Of a DNA stretch of 44,340 nucleotides, positions 18,551-27,100 are shown piece after piece. The translations under genes and the position numbers were made by a program. Source of the DNA: a virus (Duplodnaviria; Caudoviricetes); the IMG/VR virus record IMGVR_UViG_3300025723_000068, positions 1 to 44,340 of that record. One strand, written 5' to 3'. A model generated the notes under the pieces. The model was given only the letters and a program-made list of their open reading frames with translations. It searched no databases and was not told where the DNA came from. Within the stretch, counting starts at the first letter, position 1. Each line of letters starts with the position of its first letter.

Positions 18551-18876
18551 TTATACATCCAGTTAGTATGAGGCTTGGTCTTATCGACTACTACAGTTAC
18601 ATTCTGCATATCACAGGGCGTTCCTGTAACACCGGGGATCAATTTATGCACTGGCCGATTTTTAATTGTTACCATTTTTCCATCAATTACACAAATGTTA
18701 GTTGCGCTTGTGACAAAGGTTTCGCGGTCGATCTTAATATAATTACCAGGGCAGTCTTCCATGCTATAAAATAACGGTTCTCCTTGTTGCCCATAGTACA
18801 ATCTAAACTCAGGATCAGGTTGTTGTGGAATAGGCGACAGAGCCAACCAAAACTCGTCAGGGGTCAATTCACTCAT
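18547..18876 (-). CDS. Hypothetical protein, 109 aa
   Basis: Overlaps its neighbours on both sides. Confidence 0.75.
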   Translation of the reverse strand: MSELTPDEFWLALSPIPQQPDPEFRLYYGQQGEPLFYSMEDCPGNYIKIDRETFVTSATNICVIDGKMVTIKNRPVHKLIPGVTGTPCDMQNVTVVVDKTKPHTNWMYK

Positions 18877-19129
18877 CCTGGCTCTTTTGATTGTTACGTT
18901 TTTCTTGTGTCGTCAATTTATCTTTGCCCTTATTAGCTTTGTTATGCCGAGGATTACCACACATAGTACAATGAGGTTGCCCGCAATCCATAGCATGATG
19001 TTTAGCATAACGATGGGGCTGATCTGTTGGGTTGCCGTGTGCCTTAGCAATTCTTAATTGTTTTTTAATGGCATTCCATGCTCTGTGTAGCCGTGTGCCG
19101 TGTTTTAGTTTATCTTGTTCGTTACTCAT
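18869..19129 (-). CDS. Small basic His/Cys-rich protein (HHAMDCGQPHCTMC), possibly zinc-binding
   Basis: Start taken at MSNEQ (19129); 8-nt overlaps at both ends. Confidence 0.7.
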   Translation of the reverse strand: MSNEQDKLKHGTRLHRAWNAIKKQLRIAKAHGNPTDQPHRYAKHHAMDCGQPHCTMCGNPRHNKANKGKDKLTTQEKRNNQKSQDE

Positions 19130-19847
19130 TTGCCCACTCCTTAATGTGATAATGTACAAGCCCCCATTGGGCTACAGTGTTAATTCTAAAAGGATCATGT
19201 TCCCAAACTAATTCTTTGGTCCAGTTGTCAGTTACTGTGCCGATTATGTGTTGTTTCATGTGTACTATAGTTGGCCCTAACCCTACGGGCAAAGTAACTT
19301 GTTCAACGCCTATAATTATAGCAGCTATAGCATAGACTATATCGGTTGTTGCCAGGTCGTCTGGAAATTTTAACAAAGTTTTATATTGGTCCCAATGTGT
19401 AAAAATTGCACGAACTAAGTTAAAAAAATCCATGGCTAGTTGACTACGACGCCAGTAAGTGATAGCATTATATACATCTGGTAAATTATTTTGGTCAAAG
19501 ATTCGACGATAATATCTTGATTGCCCAGGTCGATCATAAAAATCTCTACAACCTTGACTAATAACAACATCTCGCCGTTCAAACAATGTCCACCAATGAT
19601 CAATAGGACTTGCGCATATCATGTCGGCTTCTAATTTAATAGTCTGTCTATAAGGGCTAGCTGTAAAACATTGCCAATCATTGGCAAATCCGCCTTGGTC
19701 ACCAACTGGTAATTGATCTACGGTTAAAATAGTTATATTAGCAGTGGGATGGTAGCGGCGGATTGAATCCGCTAGAAGGTTGGCACAAGTTACATATTTG
19801 TCACCAATGGCTGGTATTAGATATCCGCGTTCAGCTGTAACTGGCAA
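19122..19847 (-). CDS. Nucleotide-diphospho-sugar transferase (GT-A, GT8-like); DxD appears as EAD
   Basis: SPYRQTIKLEADM, N-terminal GYLIPA...Y...A..LA.SI and C-terminal HYH.K. Confidence 0.7.
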   Translation of the reverse strand: MPVTAERGYLIPAIGDKYVTCANLLADSIRRYHPTANITILTVDQLPVGDQGGFANDWQCFTASPYRQTIKLEADMICASPIDHWWTLFERRDVVISQGCRDFYDRPGQSRYYRRIFDQNNLPDVYNAITYWRRSQLAMDFFNLVRAIFTHWDQYKTLLKFPDDLATTDIVYAIAAIIIGVEQVTLPVGLGPTIVHMKQHIIGTVTDNWTKELVWEHDPFRINTVAQWGLVHYHIKEWANE

Positions 19848-20631
19848 TGATATCTCCTAGTTGGCCTTTGCCCATGGCATGGAAATCTTGAGTTAATTTG
19901 ATCCATCTGGGTTTTTTATTCTGTGTAACAAAATCTATGCGATATTGATCTTGTCCAGCTTGTGTTAATTTTTGATCGTGAGTAACTGTTGCTAAGTTCC
20001 ATGGTATACTTGCATAGTTTAAAGTATGCCCGTTGACAATTCCTAGTGCTATACTTAATGCAAAATCATTACGATATATTGAACGAGTAATTCCGTATAA
20101 TAATCGATAATGCTCCCAATTGTTTCTTATCATCTGCATAGATTCAAATATTAATTTAGCATACTGGCTCCGCCGGAACATCATGACTGTGGCCCACCAC
20201 ATAGGCATCCGATGTTGACCAAAGAAATTATGGTCATTAAAACTGGGGTGGTTAGTAACATCATATGCTGTGTTGTGTGCTAGAAAATCATGGGTGGTAT
20301 CTAATATTGATTGGAGTTGATTACTAGCCACAACATAGTCTGCATCTAACACCAAAGTTTGAGCCCACGGCGACAGGGTATACGCATCTACTCTATTGCC
20401 GTTATACCAGGTAACCGAGTCGGGCAAGTCTTCAAATTTTCTTGTATGCATACCAACGGGGCTAGCGTAAATTGTTTGCTCAAAATAATAATGGCTCGGA
20501 ACTACTATATCGGTTACTACAGCTACCGGTAAATTAAGATGCCGTCGAATATTTTTTGCCGACCAATTGGACATCGCAAGATAATCTATATGTTGATTGT
20601 TGAAAGCAAAAATTAAAACACCGGTGGTCAT
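19831..20631 (-). CDS. Nucleotide-diphospho-sugar transferase (GT-A, GT8-like)
   Basis: GVLIFAFN, LSPWAQTLVLDADY (DxD), RNDFALSIA and HAMGK. Start taken at MTTGV (20631), an ATGA overlap. Confidence 0.75.
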   Translation of the reverse strand: MTTGVLIFAFNNQHIDYLAMSNWSAKNIRRHLNLPVAVVTDIVVPSHYYFEQTIYASPVGMHTRKFEDLPDSVTWYNGNRVDAYTLSPWAQTLVLDADYVVASNQLQSILDTTHDFLAHNTAYDVTNHPSFNDHNFFGQHRMPMWWATVMMFRRSQYAKLIFESMQMIRNNWEHYRLLYGITRSIYRNDFALSIALGIVNGHTLNYASIPWNLATVTHDQKLTQAGQDQYRIDFVTQNKKPRWIKLTQDFHAMGKGQLGDIIASYS

Positions 20632-20930
20632 CTGTTTTGATTTAGTTGTTCGTATTCTACAAGCCAAGCATTAAGTTGTTCTTGCCAGCGTTGTAATACT
20701 TGCTCATAAAACTCTTCTGCATTAATCTTTACTGGAGTTTGATATAAATCCAAAATAACCACAGCACCCGAGCAACACTTTAATGTAGTCAATAATTCGG
20801 GTCCAGCTTGCCACATTCCACCACTGTGAGCAAAGATAAATTTAGCTTGATATTTTTCTTTAAGTAATCGTTTGGTGGCCGCATGATCAAAACGGGCGCG
20901 ACCGTATGTAATTAAATTGTCAGTGTCCAT
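20628..20930 (-). CDS. Hypothetical protein, 100 aa; first gene of the modification operon
   Basis: ORF track; lies directly behind the predicted promoter. Confidence 0.75.
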   Translation of the reverse strand: MDTDNLITYGRARFDHAATKRLLKEKYQAKFIFAHSGGMWQAGPELLTTLKCCSGAVVILDLYQTPVKINAEEFYEQVLQRWQEQLNAWLVEYEQLNQNR

Positions 20931-20936
20931 AGGGTT

Positions 20937-20965
20937 ATTATACTACAAAACGATGATAAGGTAAA
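20937..20965 (-). promoter_or_regulatory. Sigma70-like promoter TTTACC-N17-TATAAT, probably giving a leaderless transcript
   Basis: Minus strand reads tttacc ttatcatcgttttgtag tataat aaccct ATG: perfect -10, 17-nt spacer, 6 nt between the -10 and the ATG. Confidence 0.65.
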
Positions 20966-20983
20966 GCCCCTAATGGGGCTTTT
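20963..20983 (-). terminator. Intrinsic-terminator-like hairpin at the end of the structural operon
   Basis: aaagcccc-taat-ggggcttt, about 30 nt after the stop at 21013; the U-tract is short. Confidence 0.6.
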
Positions 20984-21012
20984 GGTAAAACCACAGAACT
21001 TTTTAACTACAA

Positions 21013-21993
21013 TTAAGCCACTGTACTTGCGATAGAGAAAGTCCCCCAACTACTACTAATATTAGTTGTTTCTGGTGGATATGCTGTGACGATAGTAGTT
21101 GGTGCAGTTCCAAATGATATACCTGTAGTTGCTGTGCCTCCAGAAATTACAGCAGTTGATCCCGGATTGGCATCACCGGCATCATACCATGTTGTGGTCA
21201 ATGTAATAACTCCAGCGGTTTGTGAGGCATTAATCTGCACATAGTTGCCCGAATATGCAGCACCTGCGTCAAATTGTTTGTAAATGGTTTGTGGAGTACC
21301 GGTCAACTGGTTGTAACCGATTGTAGTCGCCAATGTAGTCGGAGTGCCTGTCCCGCCTGTTTTGTATGTTCCGTTGTATGAAGTGCCGACAATAGTTTTA
21401 GCAGCTGCATCTGATGTTAAAATAACTTTTGCGGCCACTACACCGCCAGCACCTGCGGCACCGATAAATGTATTCCACTCTGTGTCAGCTACAGTACCGG
21501 TGCTTGATTTACCAAATTGAACTTGCAGATATCCGCCTGCGCCAAAGAAAGAACTGGCTGCAGTAGCATTAGCAAAACTAACAGTATCTGTAAATGTAAT
21601 AGTCCAAGATGCACCACCGCTACCTGTAGAAGTTGTTTTACTTGCAGTGCCAGTCCATGCTGTATATTGTGCTCCAACCGATGCAGCATTAAAACGATTA
21701 GTATAACAACTACTAATATCAGTAGCCACATTAGCTAGTACAGAAATTATATTACCAACAACTGGACTTGTTCTTGAAGTAATGGTTGTTCCTTGGTGTG
21801 TGGCCATAGAACCAATGGTACTATTTAAAGTTGCCCACTGAGTGGCCGTTACTGTTCCACCGGCACTTACTGTGGCGAGAGCTGTTTGTCCGTATGTGGT
21901 ATTCCAAGTGGCATTAACGTTTCCGCCAGATGTGGTGCTAACAAACCCGTTATAGTCTGTAGCCTGTATTAAACTTCCCGATGAATATGTCAT
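21013..21993 (-). CDS. Ser/Thr/Gly-rich virion structural protein (tail fibre/baseplate-associated)
   Basis: 326 aa with T/S/G/A-rich beta-type composition; follows the fibre gene. Confidence 0.6.
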   Translation of the reverse strand: MTYSSGSLIQATDYNGFVSTTSGGNVNATWNTTYGQTALATVSAGGTVTATQWATLNSTIGSMATHQGTTITSRTSPVVGNIISVLANVATDISSCYTNRFNAASVGAQYTAWTGTASKTTSTGSGGASWTITFTDTVSFANATAASSFFGAGGYLQVQFGKSSTGTVADTEWNTFIGAAGAGGVVAAKVILTSDAAAKTIVGTSYNGTYKTGGTGTPTTLATTIGYNQLTGTPQTIYKQFDAGAAYSGNYVQINASQTAGVITLTTTWYDAGDANPGSTAVISGGTATTGISFGTAPTTIVTAYPPETTNISSSWGTFSIASTVA

Positions 21994-22067
21994 TTATTTC
22001 TGTTTCCTTTGTGTCAGTTGACCAATCTCAACGCAATATTTTTAATATTGCTGGGTAATCAATCTTT

Positions 22068-23339
22068 TTATTTTATTGTTACAATAGCTTCTACTGTACC
22101 TTGACCAGCATCTACTTTATCTTTAAGAGCACGACCAATTACATTAAATGCGGTAGCTTCGCCTGGTTGCGCGGATCTTGCAAATCCGTTACCAGCTGAA
22201 ACTAATCTGTCACCCTTGTTCACTTGACCAATAACTTTTACAGGAACTCGTCCGGTCATTGCAACCGGGGGATGTGTAGCATCTGATCCTGCGCGACTAT
22301 TCATTAAGTATGCTGCACGAGTACTTATGACCCCAAACACATTTTCGCTTAATTCTTGTGTTACTTGAGTAATTTCTGCAGAGCCACCCAATTCAACAAC
22401 GGTTCCTGGGCCTAGCTCAACATCTGCCTCAAAGCGTTCAGCTAAGTCAGCATAGTTAGCATCAATTTGGTTGCCAGAAATAACTCCAGTTGTACCATTG
22501 ATAGACATTACTGTAGTTTGTGTGCCGCCTTCGTTAACGCTAAAATTAATATTGCCATTTGAAGTTTGATTAGCAATTGTTACCGCACCGCCACTAACAG
22601 AAACTCGGAGGTCATTTCCTGCGCCAACGGTTAATCCAGTATTGTTAATTACGCTTAATGTTCCAGAGGTTGAAGTATTGGCATCACTACGCATAAATTG
22701 ACTACTAGTCAATGAATTTAATGCTTGTGCATTTGTAGCTGTGCCAGTTAAAAGAGCGCCGCCGACTGTTGTTAATTGAATTCCGGGGCCAATGGTGCTA
22801 AATCCAGGAATGGCAGTGGCCGGAGTAAAGGTTGCATCTTTGCTAACTGTAGCAACAATGCTACCTGCGGAGTATAGTTCAACAATGTAATGTGTGTTAC
22901 CAATGTTATCTAAAACAGAAGTAGCTACAGCACCAGTAGTTCCGCCAGCTGTGTTGGTGCCAGGACCAACTACTAACCAAGCACTACCAGTCCAAACATT
23001 TAACTGCTGGAGTGATGTATTGAACCATAAGTCACCAATAGTATTGTTAGTAGGAGCAGAGCTTTGTGCAGTAGTTGAACTAATAGTTTTCCAAGCGGTA
23101 CCATTGTAAACTTTGAGCAAGGTACTACCAAGATCCCACCAAAGTTGTCCAGTTAATGGTGCACCAGGTGGTGTAGTATTTGAACTGTTTTCTAGCAAAT
23201 GAATAAAATTTGAATCTAGAAAAGCTCCATATCCTGCATAGTTTTGGCCAACTAGCGTCATTGAGCTAGCAGTATTAATAGTACCGTCTGCTACAACAGC
23301 AAATATGGTCCCATCAGTTAAGTTAATTGTGTATGACAT
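22068..23339 (-). CDS. Tail fibre-like protein with C-terminal Peptidase_G2-like autoproteolytic/intramolecular chaperone domain
   Basis: GQLWWD and GDLWFN fibre repeats. C-terminal YADLAERF...PGTVV...GVIST...VAMTGRVPVKV.G.V.KGDRLVS. Confidence 0.7.
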   Translation of the reverse strand: MSYTINLTDGTIFAVVADGTINTASSMTLVGQNYAGYGAFLDSNFIHLLENSSNTTPPGAPLTGQLWWDLGSTLLKVYNGTAWKTISSTTAQSSAPTNNTIGDLWFNTSLQQLNVWTGSAWLVVGPGTNTAGGTTGAVATSVLDNIGNTHYIVELYSAGSIVATVSKDATFTPATAIPGFSTIGPGIQLTTVGGALLTGTATNAQALNSLTSSQFMRSDANTSTSGTLSVINNTGLTVGAGNDLRVSVSGGAVTIANQTSNGNINFSVNEGGTQTTVMSINGTTGVISGNQIDANYADLAERFEADVELGPGTVVELGGSAEITQVTQELSENVFGVISTRAAYLMNSRAGSDATHPPVAMTGRVPVKVIGQVNKGDRLVSAGNGFARSAQPGEATAFNVIGRALKDKVDAGQGTVEAIVTIK

Positions 23340-23361
23340 TTAGTTCACTCCATCTTTTTTG

Positions 23362-23367
23362 TATTTA
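23362..23367 (-). promoter_or_regulatory. TAAATA late-promoter-like motif followed by a GGAG RBS
   Basis: Minus strand ggTAAATAcaaaaaagatGGAGtgaactaaATG. A second ATAAATA overlaps the upstream stop near 23387..23393. Confidence 0.5.
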
Positions 23368-23389
23368 CCGCACAATAATATACTCATAT

Positions 23390-23998
23390 TTATGCAACAC
23401 TTAGATTTGTAAGCGTTTGTATACGCAAAGTATAATCTATCTGTATTTGTCGATTTAAACTCTTTTGTACAGGGTGAAAAATTACATGAGTAATTAATAA
23501 TAAATTGCTGGCACTACCATTCCACACTTTTAACCCCAATTCATCAAATACATATTCACCGTTAAAATTGGTGCTATTATCAAAGGCCTGCTGACCGTTT
23601 GGCTCACCGTAATCTAATAAACAAGTGGTTACAATATCAGTATAAACATTACCCGAAGTATGTAATACACTAAGGTAATTATTAGTAGGATCCAGGTCGG
23701 CTGCTGAATATTGATTTACTACTTTAGCATAAGTTTGATTGTACAAACTAGCATTTTGCCCAATAGTGTTTGGTGGCAAATAGGTAATAATCCCAGTAGG
23801 ATCTACAGCACTTCCGCCATTACCAAAGGCCATTTCGTAAATCCATCCATTTCCGTTATTGGTTAATGAGTTGGCCATGGCAATACTCATATTTTCGTAG
23901 TGGATGGCATTATCTTTTTCTACAAAAACTTCATCCGTTTTGGGGTCATATACTTTTAAAAATCCGCGAACTATAGCCGGACTAGGTGTTATTATCAT
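23390..23998 (-). CDS. Virion baseplate/tail structural protein, 202 aa
   Basis: MAFGNGG...FDELGL...LITHVIFHPVQKS.NR.I.I.Y.L resembles tail-collar/baseplate attachment domains; the position fits. Confidence 0.6.
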   Translation of the reverse strand: MIITPSPAIVRGFLKVYDPKTDEVFVEKDNAIHYENMSIAMANSLTNNGNGWIYEMAFGNGGSAVDPTGIITYLPPNTIGQNASLYNQTYAKVVNQYSAADLDPTNNYLSVLHTSGNVYTDIVTTCLLDYGEPNGQQAFDNSTNFNGEYVFDELGLKVWNGSASNLLLITHVIFHPVQKSLNRQIQIDYTLRIQTLTNLSVA

Positions 23999-24126
23999 GC
24001 TCGCTTCTCCACAAATACTTTTTTAGTTGTAGGATCAAAAATCTTTATAAATCCCTGCACAGAAACAGATCCAGTTTCGTTTGGTCGTTTTGGGGTAGGG
24101 GTGGGTTGTTTAGTAATTTCAGTCAT
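23995..24126 (-). CDS. Small protein, 43 aa (MTEITKQPTPTPKRPNETGSVSVQGFIKIFDPTTKKVFVEKRA); not in ORF track
   Basis: ATAAATA lies 4 nt before the ATG; ATGA overlap with the next gene; its C-terminus resembles the N-terminus of that gene. Confidence 0.8.
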   Translation of the reverse strand: MTEITKQPTPTPKRPNETGSVSVQGFIKIFDPTTKKVFVEKRA

Positions 24127-24130
24127 ATTA

Positions 24131-24137
24131 TATTTAT
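24131..24137 (-). promoter_or_regulatory. ATAAATA late-promoter-like motif
   Basis: Minus strand gagATAAATAtaatATG, similar to the T4 late consensus TATAAATA. Confidence 0.6.
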
Positions 24138-24143
24138 CTCAAA

Positions 24144-27100
24144 TTATAGCCCACGCAAAAACCTAGCGGCTATTGTATTAGTTTCTTGTAACGGTACTCC
24201 GTCTGACGGCGTGTGTATTCCAGGTCGATACCAGGATAACCCGCGGCGTATTAAAATAGTAACCTCAGATCCAGCAACTGGTGCGGTTGTAAATGTTACC
24301 ACCACCGGATTGAGCGATGTAATCGTATAATTATTAGTTTGTAGTATTCCTCCTACATACACTTCTACAGCATGACCATTATTCATACTAATATTTGTAG
24401 TATAGATCGTAGTTGTTCCGTTAGCTAGCATAGAATCACTTTCAATCTTGTCTTGGTATTCTAGCGGTAACAAATTATTGCGTCCAAGATTATAAACAGT
24501 CGTTCCAGCAACGTGTTCAGTTACAGCCGTTCCGGCTGTACCTCTTAATAACCCACTAACCGTATTAGTACCGGCGTCCCAATGGCGATACATAATTCTT
24601 TCAGCACCAATGGTTAATACACCCCAGATGTTGGCCGGTATATTTGGTTGCGTCAATGCCATAATATTAGCAACATACATGGTATCACTGTCTATGGCTA
24701 CATCTTCTGTTGTGGTTGTAGTAGTCGACGGAGTAATACTGTAGGTAGCCTGAACTCCACGCATGTCTTGGAATATACGAAATGCCATCGCGTTTGGAAC
24801 TACATATTGTGTAAAGCTGGTTACTGTTAACACTGATTGTGCTGAAATTGGTGCACCTGGTAAGACAATTGTTGACCCGTTAACAGTATATCCTATACCA
24901 TTAAACAACCACTCGCCATTCAAAGTTACTAACAATCTTTCTGGGTTGGTAATTACACGACCGGTGTCAAACATATTTTCTTGAGTAATAATACCTATGG
25001 TATAGTCGTACGATCCAGAGGTATTATTACTCGTTGCCGAATCAAACTCAACCGAGGCATATCCTTCGCTTACTGTAGCTCCAACTGATGTTGGACCAAC
25101 AAACACCTGTGTGATAATTCCTTGTTCTGAAGTATCATTCCAACTAACAATTTCGACAATTTCTCCTATACTTGGACTTAGTCCTGTTGCAGGGCGGAAA
25201 GTTAACTGGTTACCAGAGACCCAATACTGTGCTGCGGTTCTAACAGAAACCAATACGCTCGATCCGTTAACGGGTGCTGAAAATATTTCTACGGTTCGCG
25301 GCGTTACACTATCAATATATGGTGTAACTATAAAATCTACATTTAATACTAGTGCCACATTGTTAACATAAACAAAAACATCGTTATCGGCAATTAACGA
25401 TTGACTATATCCACCACGCTGTGGTAAATTATATAAATGAGTTACTCCATCACCTGTATATAACACATCTTCTGATGGGCGAGCACGAACTCCGTTCACT
25501 GATACTATTAAATTTACTGGGTTGGTTCCTTGCATGCTATTGGTCAATGTTATATTATGTGTAGAGGCAATAGTTGAATCAACGACAATAGTTTCAAATA
25601 CTGGTAAACTATAACTATGTACAGGGTCAGAATATGGGTATCCTAGAGTTGAAAGATTAATACGATTGGTAGAATCGTAGGTATCAGTAAATGTAATTTG
25701 TGTTTGATTTTCACCTAACGCGGTATAGGTATAATCAACACCTTCTTCTAAAGGTATTTCACCGTTATAAATTACAAATTCATATATGGTTCCTGGCAAA
25801 GGTGGTGTAGAATTGGGTAAAGCAAATGGAATATTAATTTTATTGCCGTTAATTAAATCGGAACCCAAGTAAGTGTGATTGTAAAGTTGATTACCGCCAC
25901 CGACTCCGGCAACATAAATTATCAAAGTATCACCAGGATCGGCAGTTACAGGATCTACAGTTAGTTCCCAATTAGCCCAATTGTACAACAACGGTTCAAC
26001 CGATAGCCCCAAGGTAGCATTAAACAGTATAACTACCATTGGATTTTCTAACACACCATAAAAATTTAATACAGGATTATTGTAGTTGTAAACATAACGA
26101 CGGCTGGCTGCAGGGAAACCAAATCCTTGACCAGTCCAGTCAGCACCCGGTGTAGTATAAACGCGAAAATCCAGGGTATCAAACTCGCTGCCAGGAACTA
26201 GTTCTTCTGGTGCATAGCTACTAAAAGTGTCTATGTATGCGCCACCATTGACATTGATGTCTGTTGCTCTGGTACCTAAGTATAAGTCAAGATAACTGCT
26301 AGAATATGCAGCATCTAAAATACCGTAGTCATATGTAGGGCGACCATTTTCGTCGTAAGAAATATTATCATAAGGATTGATATCAAAATTGCCTACATCG
26401 TATCCGGTGTTTTGACTAAAGGTCGGTGCTGTGACTTGTACTCCAGGATATTCAACACCGTCTATTAACAAGGGTAAACTTAGACCTGGCATGTTTGGTC
26501 CTGGGACATAATAACCCATGGTACGGTCAACACCACTAAGATCTCCAGCTGCAACACGATTCCATTGGCCGGGATCAAATACTGTAGAAGTCACGGTACT
26601 ATTAGCAGACCATACAATGTTATTCCAACGAACTTGTGTTCCAGCAGAGTAGGTAATATTGGGTTCCCAATCAATAATAGTAGATGCATATTGGTAACGA
26701 TCGTACTTGATTGTTGTTTTGATTGACCTTACCAATCCGTTGCCCATAACAGGAACCGCAATTGCACCTGTGCCACTACCAAGTAATGCAATAGTGGGCG
26801 TTGTAGAGTAGGTGTCTATATTGTTAATAATGTTAACGGCTAATACCTGCCCTGCGCTGTTGACAACAGAATAAAAATTAGTATTTGGTACACCATTGAC
26901 TAATACTTGAGGAGGGGTGATATATCCAGATCCTTGATTAGCAATAACAATTGATTCAATATTTAACAAATAATTGTTATACCAACTACTCCATGGATAC
27001 TCCAACCAAATTTGAGCATTGGTAGAAGCATCACTAGTAGTCGATTGTACCAAACTATTTGATAAAGTATAAGGAGTTAACACAGGACTTACAAACTGTG

